A stretch of 64,000 nt of DNA from Bilabrum cf. latius (taxonomy: Eukaryota): positions 558,001-622,000 of the forward strand of contig OZ237737.1 of the NCBI GenBank assembly GCA_965178125.1, read 5' to 3'. The position numbers were made by a program, and so were the translations under genes. Positions 1 through 11,008 of this stretch are shown here, in pieces (position 1 is the stretch's first letter; the number at the start of each line of letters is the position of its first letter). Below the pieces are notes generated by a model. The model made no database searches, was not told where the DNA came from, and worked only from the letters and a program-made list of their open reading frames with translations.

Positions 1-658
1 TGACGAATGGAGTGGCGGGGGCTTTCGCGTCGTCCCCTAGCATCCTGATGGAATCGTAGTGCTCTCCGTTGCGATACACGAGGTTGATCGTCTTCTTGTA
101 ACCCGGCGACTTGAACTCCCACCGGGGCTGGTCCAGCTGGTGCACCACGATGTTCATCTTGAGGTGATCATGAATTGCCATGATTTCTAGCTGCCCCACC
201 CATTCGCCTTGCTTGGCGATGTTGGCCGTGTACTCCTCAAAAGTACCGTCCTCCTCCTCGCTTATGAAAAACTGGTACCCATCCTTGTTTGCCTGCAGGC
301 GCGCCACGCAAGCAGCACGAAGCTCGACGTGATGGGCTTCAGTCCCATGCAACTAGTCTGACACGGCTCGAAACATGCAATTCCCATCTGCAGCAACTTC
401 TCGCACTTGCAAGTTGGCCTTCCGAAGCTCTACAGCCAGCTTTCTGCTATCCGCTGCCCACTTCGCCTTGTCCTACCTAGCCCTTTCTCGCTGCATTCTG
501 CGCCTATCTCTCTTCTCCTGTTTCTTTTCTTGGGCACGCTTCTGGTGCTGCAATCGACGTTCCTCCTTGCGGGTCTTTGCCTTGCCTGCACCCGATCCGC
601 CTGCCGCAGACTTAGCACTTGTCCCCTTTCCTGTCTTCTTTCCCTTCTTCTTCGGCAT
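1..658 (-). CDS. OTU-domain deubiquitinase (OTUD3-like), 3' end runs off window
   Basis: ATG at 658. Basic N-terminus, then, reading through TAG at 473-475 and 353-355: 'ADGNCMFRAVSD*LHG...GEWVGQLEIMA...YRNGEHYDSIR' (OTU catalytic Cys and His motifs). Confidence 0.9.
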
Positions 659-958
659 TAAACAACGACAATTATTTCAGAGGGAGGAAATCTGGGCTTT
701 GCTCCATCGTTCTTGCTCGTGGCATAGAACGTTCGTTTAGAGTAGCGAACCTCGGCTGAAATCCATCGCCACGAGTCGGGAATCGCCATTTCCTTCGCAA
801 TGCCTAGGGTATACATTCACATTTAGGCTGGAAACAATGATCATGTCATAGCTGTTCCTAATGTTCGCGACACTGACACGTGCGAGTCGTTGGCAAAGGT
901 GAGAGACTGATCGTTGTATGATGAGCCACGTGGGCTGTAAACATCGAGATTATGGAAG

Positions 959-3900
959 ATGTCCGCTACAAACGAGTGTAATTACTACCTTTTGCAGGCA
1001 TTCGTGGAGTCTCCCGGGTTTCGCCGCCGATTCAAAGCAATTCGCCCAGCCGCAATTCGATTTCGAGTGTGCGGCAAGCCAGAAGGGGGCCTGCTCCCCC
1101 AAGTAGCTTCAGTAGGAAACGCGCTGCGGTCAGACTTAACTCCAGCGACTCCTGGCTACGCAGACGCTGTTGCTGTGATCGTGAAGTTGCCAGAGTCTGC
1201 AGGTGAGCCGGAATCTTAGGTAGCCGAAGCCGCCAGAGTGGCTGTCAAGCACGAGGGCGCTGGGAAGCGCGAACGTCCTGCTGCTAGGCACGTTGGTGCA
1301 TCTAGTGGAGCCGGCTCCGACGATATCCTAGCGGATACCAAGTCCGTCGGAGGCAGCGAGGCCGAGGACGAGCCCGCGGCAGCGGACTGGAGGAGCGCCT
1401 GCCTGCAGGCAGAGCTTGGCCTTCGAGGGGGGGTCTACAGGCAGGCCATCCAGGCCATCAAGCAGGCGGTGGAAGCATACCCGGGAGGTGCAGCAGGGGC
1501 CCCAACGGAGGCTAGGGTGGCTCTTCTCCGGTGCAGAGCGTGGGTGCAGATGAAGGTGGGGAGACCCGCGAGGGCAGTGAAGCTGCTGCGCCAAGCAGTA
1601 TCGCTGTCTAAGAAAGACCCGTCGCTTGCGTGCGAATTCGGAGAGAGCCTGCTGTAGACTGGAGACAGCAAGGCCGCAGTGTCTGCATTTGACGGCGCCG
1701 CGGTGGAGCTCCGCAAGATGGAGACTAGGCTGGCTGCTAGCCCCTCGGCAGCTGCCGCGGCCCAGGGCAAGTCAACGGCTCTAATCGGCGCCCACGCTGC
1801 GTACAAGCTGGCCATGGGCAAGGGAGGCCGCTTTACCCTGTGCAACGGCCCCGGGGGGCTGTGCACCACGCCCTTCCCGGGCGTATACTGCAGCACGGAC
1901 GCTTTACTCGGTTGTGCGAGAGCTCTGTGGAAAGGCGGCAACTTGGCGGGCGGGGTCCAGGTCATCAACGCGATCGTGGAGACGGGTGCAGGTGACGAGC
2001 ACGCCGGCGTGCTAGTGGAATACTCGAGGGCATGCGAGGCCTTAGGGCAGCACTCCGACTCACTGCAGCAGATACTCAGGGCCATCCTGCTACGGCAGGA
2101 CGACGTGGTCGTCAAGCGCAGGCTGGCGCAGGTGCTATCCCGGCCAGGGATGTCAGCGGCCGCGATTGCGATGCTGGGCGGTGACACAGAGGAGGCCAGG
2201 TCCAAGCCGGGGGCAGAGGGCAAGATGCAGGCCGTGGGATACCTCGCCGGCGCCGTGAAGGAGTTCGGTGCGTGCGAGACCGCGATCGCCCTGCGTCAGT
2301 CGGGGGTGCGGCTTGGTCCCCAGGTGGCCAATGTGGCGCTGAACCTTGCCCACGACCTGGAGTGCGTGGGTGACCTGCAAGGTGCTATCCGCTGCATCGC
2401 CGCCTTCGCGCGATACAATGCCACGACCACCATTTAGTCGACGGGAGCCGAATCGTTCGATGCCGCTGCGAAAAAGGCCAGCGGCAGTGGCAGCAATGGG
2501 GGCAAGGAAGGCGCCGCTGCTTCTGGCGCGGATCCAAGCGCCGCAGGGGGTGTATCGATGGTACGCACGGCTCAGCTGGGCGAGGTGCTCCCGGTCCTCG
2601 AGGCCGCAGCCAAAGACCTCCACTGCTGGGCGAGGGCAGGCGGGTATCCATGCCCCGCCGCGAGGCCCGTCCATTCCATCGGCGGCGAGGAATCGAGCAA
2701 GGCGGGCAGTGAGGAGTTGCCTGGGCTCCTTGAGATGGAGCTGGCCAAATGGATCGTGGGCTCGCCCAAGGAGGAGCGACCGACCGGAGCAGTCAAGGCC
2801 GGCGGTCGTGGCAGGGGCAGCGTGTCGCCGCTCGAGGTGGTGCAGGGCAAGGAGTCATCGGAGGGCCTTTCTCGGCTGCCGAGGACCGCCTACTTTTCGC
2901 CTTCAGATTCGGTGGAGGTCAAACCAGCGGCCATGGAGGACCCGGTGGAGGGCATAAGGGACGGTGTGAGGGCCGCATGGAGGAACCGCCTGTCGGTGCC
3001 CAGTTAGGAGGAACAGGACGCCGCGCACGAGCGATCCTTGGAGCTGCAGGACGAGGCCTACATCATCGACACCAGGGGGGAGAGGCAGGTTGTGGTCTGG
3101 CACCCCGGTCCATGGCCGCACGCCGCGGTGGTACCCGAGAAAGACGCCCCCGCCGAGAGAGCGAAGGCAGAGGCAGCTCGCAAAGCAAGCGACGGTGTTG
3201 AGGACCCCATGGATCGAAAGGAGGGCGAGTCTGCCTAGGAACACGCCCAGCGGGTGGCCGCGTGCAGCAGGGAGATCCCCGACAGTGCGCAGCTGGACGC
3301 GCTGGCTCTGCTCATGACCGCCATCAAGATCATCCACATTGCGGGTGCGCTGCCTCTGCTGCCGCCGCTCATTGCCACCATTGAACGGGTGCGCCAGGGA
3401 TGTGCCCTTCATCAGACCTCTATTCGGAACGAGGCAGCATACTATGCCTGCGTGGTGCAGGTGGTCGCGCACATGCAGGCAGCGCAGCTCGTGGACGAGG
3501 AAGGCGAGTACAAGGAGTCCGGAGAGGTGGCTGAGGAGGGTGAATCGGCGGTGCCTCTGCCCTGCCTCGCCAGCACGGATGGTGCCAAACCAATTTACGT
3601 CCTGGGTGACTCGCACTGCGTTAGCCCTGCCTGGGGGCGCGTGTCGGTGCCTCTTCCCGGGTCGGCGGCGCCCACAGACAGGCTGCTTCGACCCGCGCTG
3701 GTCACTGGTTGCAAGGTCTGGCACCTGCGGCGCGAGTCGTGCTTCTACCCCCGGATCAACTACGAGGCCGTCGCGGGTGCCATTCCACGCGGTAGCGACA
3801 TCATCTGGATGCCAGGCGAGATCGACTGCAGGGAGGGTGTCTCCAGGGCGGTCTCCCAGATGAGGTACAAGGACGGGGATGCGGCCATCCGGTCCATCGT

Positions 3901-4354
3901 GAGGGTTGCGATCGAGAGGATCGGCGTGCTGGCCAGGAGGCTGGGCGCGAGGGTGTTCGTGCACCCTGTGCCTCCAGTGGTGGACGTCACCCGGCCCATC
4001 GTGGCGGCCTACAACCTCGCTCTTAGAGATGAGATCAAGGGGCTGCAGGCAAAGCTGCAGGCAGAAAGCGGCAGTGGCGGTGCAGACTCCAAGGGCAAGG
4101 TCAAGGGTGGCAGTGGCAAAGGTGGGGCGGCCTCTGTCCACTGGCTTGACATCTTCGACTCGCTGGTGCAGGAGACCGACAAGCCAGGCGTAGCTCAGGG
4201 GCCTTCTGTGGCGGAAGCCGCCGTTGGTGCACTGTCCGGGGCGGGCACAACGCTGCAGCTGGACCCGCGGTGGGAGATGGACGGCACACACCTGCACCCA
4301 GCGTACGTGTCGCTGCTAGGTGAGGCCATGGCACAGTGTGAGAACGAGTCTTGA
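959..4354 (+). CDS. TPR-like repeat protein with C-terminal SGNH-hydrolase-like domain (~1131 aa, TAG=Gln)
   Basis: ORFs 959, 1238, 1679, 2558, 3038 and 3254 are in one frame, separated only by TAG, and end at TGA 4352-4354. TPR-like helices; motifs VLGDSH, GEIDCR, DGTHLHPAY. Confidence 0.75.
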
Positions 4355-4530
4355 TTCGATCTGAAATGGAACCACAATCACAGTGGAAAGTAGCAGCCAT
4401 AAATGAAGGTGCAACGCAAACCAGAGTTGTTCGATGTCGCCGCAACGGAGGCCGCAGTACCCAAGCTAGCTGGCTAGATCTAGGTAGGCCTAGCCTAGGC
4501 CAATTGGCGGTGTTGGTCATTCTGATTCCG

Positions 4531-4558
4531 GATCCCCTTGCGACCATAACTGTCCCAA
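4531..4558 (+). repeat. Left terminal inverted repeat
   Basis: GATCCCCTTGCGACCATAACTGTCCCAA, the exact reverse complement of 7281-7308. Confidence 0.92.
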
Positions 4559-4628
4559 CCAACTGCAACTGTCCCAAGATTCAAATGCGACCACTTCTTG
4601 AGCTCATACAGGTCTCAATTCTAGAGTT

Positions 4629-6980
4629 ATGCAAGCATCCTCCTCCAGTTCTAAAGAATCATCAATACTCGACGCAATTGACGACTCGGATACTCGGGCT
4701 ATCCTTCAGGTGTCTGTGGATGACGTGAATCGTGTGCTCGCTTGGCGCACGGCCTTGGAGCAATCGGTAGAAGAATGCACAGCTGAGCAGCCTGAGATGC
4801 GACTATATGAAGCGCAGCAAGCAGATTATATAATTTACAAGCAAAAGCTTTAGGTGTGGAGGGAGAGAAATCCCGGTAAGGTTCAAAATGACAGTGAAAT
4901 CTACCGAGAGATTCAAAATGAGGTGTACCCAGAAAAGACGTTTAGCGCTGTCCGGAAGCGATTCCAGCGAATCTAGCAACGATTAACGTGCCCCCTACAG
5001 GATTTGTGTTGGCGAACAGATTTGCCCTAGTATGTTGAACGGGCACTTGCGAAGCTGGTCATATTGCGAGAGGATGAGAAGGTGCCGTTCACGCTTGAAG
5101 GACTGCGCCGAACTGCAACAGGCCTTCGCAACGACTTTTGTGCTGGTTCACACAAGGATGGGGTGCCACTATCGCGTGTGTGGTCAACCAGATTTCTAAA
5201 GGCTCATAAACTGAAGGATTTGCAAGGTGAAGAGAAGACAATCAATCGTAGCGTGGCGGAGAGCCACACGTGCTTGCTGGACTGGTTTGGCGAAGGAGCA
5301 GCAAAACGAGGCCTGGTACTCAATACTGAGCTTGGCGTCGTCGTGTCAGGGACGTGCATTTATCACGAACGATTGTAGTTAAACATAGATGAGACTGTGA
5401 TCATACTGCATGCCCAGCCAGGGTAGGGCGCAAGGGTTGACGGGGCGGACCGTCTGGTGGTCAGGGCCGAATCGCCCCGTGCTGCGCTTCGCGCGACGCA
5501 TTTTTCCAATACAAACGTATCATTCGTTCCTGTTGTATCAGCGAAGGATGGAATTGTTGCTGGCCTTCTCGTTTTCCGCTACGATGGCAAGTCTCAAAAG
5601 GTCAAACGCGAGATCCAGCGCGAGCAGGAATATGTGGCAGCCCGGTTGCAACGTGCGCAAGCCCAGCGCGATGCGGGCAAGCTCGACGACGACGGCCTGA
5701 AGGCGGAGCTCGAGGATATTCTAGCTGAGGTAAGGCTATCTGGGAATGTTGTGGACCCCTCGTCTGTCCAGAAACTCTTCTTGGTGCTAGCCAAGACGGA
5801 CATCGAGCTCCTCGACATCATCGTGTTCTGTGCGACCCCCTCCGGCTACAGCAACGTCGGGTCCTTGTCCCTGCTGCTTCCAAAGATCGTGGAGTACGCA
5901 GCTAGAGTGCGAAGGGAAGAGAGGCTCCCTCCCACAGCTAGAGTACTGCTCACGATGGACAACCACTCGACGCATGACCAGCGGAGCCTCAGGAAGTTCT
6001 GCGCTGCCAACAACATCGACATCGAGCTCCTCCTTCCAATGAGCACCCACTTCCTGCAGCCCCTGGACGTCGCGTGCATGTCGTCCTTCAAAGCAGAGCT
6101 TCGTGGTGTTAAGAAAGACTTCTGTGTCTATCTGAGCTAGCTTCATTTCATGGAAGCATTCATGGCGTCTGCCCCGGAGGCGAAGAAGTCGGCACTAGCG
6201 AAGGCGTCGTGTGACGCGATCGGGGAGGAGTGGATCGCACCGCTGGTCTTGACCTGTGCAAGCCACAGCTTTCGAGCTTCGAATGCTGCTAGTGGATTCA
6301 AGAAGTGCGGACTTCTCCCGTTCAACCCTTCCGTTGTAGTTGACATGGACAAAGTCAAGCAGCACAGGGCCACGCTGCAGAGGGCCCGGGAGGGGGCCAG
6401 TGGTAGTGAGCTGTCAGACGTAGCCAAAATACTGGAGAGTATCCCGACAGAGTCAGGATCTTTCGTGAAGAGTACTACGGCTGCCAGTGGAGCAGGCGCA
6501 TCTGAGCCGTAGTCATCATCCTCGTCTGCTGTGCTTGGGCCTGCCACGGCTGACAACCTCGGGGGACTGGCGAGCGCCCAGCGCGTGGTGAGCGCCCATG
6601 ATGCCCTGGCGAAGAGACGCCCCAACACGGCTGCATTCCTGAGATTAGCAGGTTTGGGGCTTCAAGCAAAGATTGAAAGCGCAGCTCGGGCACAACAATC
6701 TCAGAAAAGGCGACCAAGGCTGAAGGGGCTGCAAGGCAACCGTGGGGCCATCGGGCCCCGGGGGGGCGGGGGTGACGCCGCTTAGCTGCGGAAAAATCAG
6801 ATGCGCGACCGCCCACTCTAGGATCAGTCCACAGATGAGATTATTGAGCAGCTTGAGGAGGCTAGAGTCAACCTGGACGCAATGAGAGCTCAGAATCAGG
6901 CCCTCAAGGCCAAGATCGCGAAGATCTAGGCTGCAAGCAACAAGAGGGCCATGCCAGCTTCAAAGAAGCGTCGAACTTAA
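4629..6980 (+). CDS. DDE_1 (pogo-family) transposase, DD35D, ~783 aa with 9 in-frame TAG
   Basis: Single frame broken only by TAG. Motifs LNIDET, LLTMDNHSTH, PMSTHFLQPLDVACMSSFK, with 35 residues between the 2nd and 3rd Asp. C-terminal coiled coil and KKRR, ends at TAA 6978-6980. Confidence 0.88.
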
Positions 6981-7280
6981 TATTTTTATATATGATTATA
7001 CTGCTATTATACTGGAAACCTGAAAAAAAAGTGTGAAATGCGAGATATTTAGGACTTTGAAGTTGGGACAGTTGTGATTTTTACCAGGCGCGATCATGCC
7101 GGCCGCCAAGGCCGCCATCTTTGGTCGGTCATAGCTTGAAGAGAACATGTCGTCCTGAAAATCTGGTTACAGTTTTGAAATCTCCTTGAAAACCTGCTTC
7201 ATTACCGAAAAGGACAGGGCCATAGTTGGACATTATTGCTCCGAATTTTGCGACTGAAGTTGGGAATTTTGCCGTTCAGC

Positions 7281-7308
7281 TTGGGACAGTTATGGTCGCA
7301 AGGGGATC
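7281..7308 (-). repeat. Right terminal inverted repeat
   Basis: TTGGGACAGTTATGGTCGCAAGGGGATC. Confidence 0.92.
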
Positions 7309-7727
7309 TGGCAAAAGCGCACCCCAAGCCTGACCTGACCTTGCTGTCTAGCCCGGTGAAGTCGGAGGGGGAGGCTGTGATACGACAGGTTGGTCGAATC
7401 GACGGTTGGTGCCTTCCACCGACAATGCATAGCTTTGCTGCATTATCGAGCAGCGCGCAGAGCCCCCACGAGGTGCAGAGACTAGGCATCCTGTCCAACT
7501 ACGTGCTGCTTCGGTACCCCCAGGCTTAGACTCGCTAGATAAACAAGATCGTACCAGAGCACCTCACGGCAAAACAAGAAGCTGCCCCCACCCCCCCCGC
7601 CCCCCTTCAACGCTGCAACAACACATTCGTTCGAGGCCAACCGACGCCCACGACCTATGCACACCACTCGTAGCACCCAAAACGGTGGATGTCTGATCCG
7701 CTACCCACCCGATTCATTCATCAGGTG

Positions 7728-10433
7728 TCACGTCTGTCTTCTTCGCCTTCTGCCCTTACCTTCCAACTCGGACAGCCTGGCCTTCAGCGCATCCATCTCT
7801 GCCACCTAAGCCCGCAGGCAATCCAGCTCACTTTGCTGCTGCTACAGCGCCACAAACATGTCAGCGCAGGGCCTAGCACCGTGCGAGAGCAAGGTGCTCA
7901 CGCACGCAGCGTGCCCGCCCATCATCGCTGCCTCCACAGGTGACACCATGCGGCCGTCAGCAGCCTTACCCATGGCATCCCGCCCGCCTGCCAGCTTGCC
8001 CAGTCTCAGCCGCTTGTCCAGTTCCATGGGCCTGCCGTCCCTCGCCGCGTTGAAGATTCGGGCCGCGTCACGTGTCGCCGCGTGGGCACGTCTCCATCTG
8101 ATGAGAGCATGCGCGTGTGGCCTGAAGCTACTGATCATGCGCAGCGTCTTGTAGTACACTCCTGGGGACCCCTAAGCACAAGGAATATCGATAGGTCGCT
8201 GATTTGATTTGTTGCGAGCCTTTACATTTGCACCAGCCAGCAGCAAAGCTCGGGCGCACTCCAGCCTGCCGTGCTAAGCTGCCAAGTGCAGAGGGGTATT
8301 TCGATTTGCGCCCCAGGCATTCACATTGGCCCCTGCCTCAAGAAATACCCTAACCATGTCTACCAGCCCCTTGGTGGCCGCCATATGCAGTACACCGTCC
8401 AGGCACCTACGCATCCTAGTTCTTTTCAGGGCAGACTTGGCCGATCGTACAGCGGCCTGTGCTATAAACTTCGCGCTTTCAGTGCATCCTCTCTTTGCAG
8501 CAAGAACTATAGGAAGATCAGTGCCGGGCATACGACCCATTGGATCAGCACCAGCCTCCAAGAGGAGCCTGATACATTCGAAATGGCCCTTGTTGGCCGC
8601 TTCCTGAAGGGCTGATCTTCGCTTGAACCCGTCAGATGCGCGAACGCTTGCGCCAGCGTCAATTAAGGCACGAACGCAATCGGCGTGTCCCATTTCAGCT
8701 GCAAGTCGCAAAGATCCCGATTCACTCCTCCCACACCTTGCTAGCTTGTGGCCAGCCCTAATCAGAGCGAGCACGCAGTCAACGTGCCCGTGCTTCACCG
8801 CTAGGGCCATCGGTCGTCCGACAGCACCATGTATGGACGCGGCAGCACCAAATTCCGCGAGGGCTTCGATGCAACTTGCATGGCCATGAATCGCAGCCAG
8901 ATCCACTGGTGTGCGCCCCTTCAGTCCAAGCGCATGCAGATCTGCACCTCTTTCAGCAAGGGGAGCGATGCACCGCGCTGCGCCAGACTTGGCAGCGAGA
9001 TGGATCGGACTCATCATGACGTCGTTCTCGAGCGTCATGTCGGCCCCAGCTTGGACCAGCACTCTCACACAAGCTGCATGTCCGCCCATGATCGCGAAAT
9101 GGAGGGGGGTGCTGCCACCTTGACTCTATGCATCCACATACGCCCAGCCCGCAGTGAGCGCTCGAACGCAGTCTGCATGTCCACTGCGACATGCGTAGTG
9201 CAATGGAGTCTCGGAGTCAGTATCCAATGCCTCCACATCTGCTCCGGCGTTCACCAGCAGCTCGATGCACCTGGCATGTCCTTTCTTTGCGGCAACGTGC
9301 ATCGCTGTCCTGTTGCTGGCGTCTTTATCCTGCCGGTTGTGATTGGCTCCGGAGTGTAGCAGCAGAGCCAGGCAATTCACATGGTTCAGGCGCACCGCAA
9401 AGTACAGCACCGATTTGCGGAGAGAGTCGCCATATTCCAAGCTAGCGTTCGCACCGAGTAGCGCCTCAACGCAGGCAATGTGGTTCCTCACCACTGCGAA
9501 TTGAATCGGGGGGTGCCCGGCTTTATTTCCAACGTCTGGGTCTGCATCTGCGTCGAGCAGTGCATTCACGCACTCAACATGTCCTTTTCCTGCAGCAAGA
9601 TGCATAGGCGTCATTTCTCCCTCATCGCCTAGGTCGACCGAGGCACCTGCCTCGGATAGCATACTGACGGCGCAGGCGTGACCGCACAGCGCTGCGTAGT
9701 GGAGAGCAGTGCGTGACACACTGTCTGCCGCGTCAACACAAGCTCCCGCTTCGACTAACTACTGGATACAATCCTCGCAGCCACGTATGGCAGCCGAATG
9801 CAGGGGGGTCTGCAAATCACTGTCAACACTTCCAATTATGGCACGTGCACGGATGAGCTCACCCACGCACTCTTCATGACCACCCTCTGAGGCCAGATGT
9901 AACGGTGTTTTATGTAAAGAATTCGACACGTTCACGACAGCGCCAGCGCGTAGCAGAAAACAGGTGCAGGCAACATTGCCGCTTCCTGCAGCACAATGTA
10001 GAGGAAGGTTCAACTACTGATCGGCAGCATTCAATGCAGCACCAGCGCTCGACAACGCCTTCAAGCACTTAGAATGCCCATATTTTGCCGCATGGTGCAT
10101 TGGAGTCCTTCCGTCTGCATCTTCGGCTTCGATATCACTTCCAGCCTTCAGGAGCGCTTCGATGCCAGCAAGCCGACCGCAGGCAGCAGCACGGTGCAGG
10201 GCGGTCCGCTGACAAGCATCTGTAGCACTAATATTAGCACCTGCTCCAAGAATGTGCTTGATAATGCTGATTTCACCATGCGTAGCTAGCGCTACATGTA
10301 ATGCTGGTTCACCCACGGTGTTTTTCTAATTCACAGAAGAACCGTTCTATAATGCGAGCTGCAGTTGACCCAAATTGTTGGTGCAGATAGCGTCAAACAA
10401 TTCACAATTTGTGGCGTGCTGGTGTACTGACAT
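7728..10433 (-). CDS. Ankyrin-repeat protein, paralog 1 (~901 aa)
   Basis: ATG 10433 to TGA 7728. ORFs 10014, 9759, 9126, 8274 and 7842 are co-framed and each ends in TAG. Many TPLH-AA-GH repeats, C-terminal coiled coil. Confidence 0.88.
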
Positions 10434-11008
10434 TAGCAGCCAGCAAAGCCTTGTTACTTCTTTCTATCTTGTGCGTCTGATTTGAATGAGGCATCCGGAA
10501 AAGTGTTTAGGCCGATCGGAGCAACAACATGGTCAGGTGATTGTTGGCCTCCTTCCTTTCTTAGCAATGCATAGCTTTCTTTCGCCCCTCCCATTGATTC
10601 CGTATCCCCACCCCTTGTCCTGCTCATTTGCCGGTTGGACAAGACTGCATTCGAGGTTAATGCCTGTTCACTTGCGGCAGGTAGTACGCCGCAGGTATTT
10701 CCTAGTAGTGGCAGAACTCTTCCGGCGCACCCGCCGGAGTTGCTCGGGCTTGCTCCCTGCCTTGCTCTGTGGGGCTAGCGGTACCAGACCAAGTGCATGG
10801 TGCTCGGGGGTGCAGAGGCCTCCTGATGAGCAGTTGGAGCAGAGCCTAGTATCATGGTACACCTCGTCGTTGCTGCTCGCAATAGTCCAAAGCACAACGT
10901 CTCTATTGCCCAACGGGTCGAATCAATCAACAGCATATACTCTGACACTAGGCAGGCCACTAGCAGTCCTACTCCAAACTCTGCAGGGTCCCCAACAAAG
11001 CACCGTCT

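Larger units (their letters stand above)
4531..7308 (+). mobile_element. pogo/Fot-like (Tc1/mariner-IS630 group) DNA transposon, apparently intact
   Basis: Perfect 28-bp inverted repeats enclose a DDE_1-type transposase. The subterminal motif AACTGTCCCAA recurs (~4548, ~4567, reverse at ~7063 and ~7281). Confidence 0.9.

Noticed and set aside
838-860. Resemblance to the M13-reverse/lacZ vector sequence (tcatgtcatagctgttcct)
   Set aside because: Short, imperfect, and without adjacent vector sequence; likely chance.
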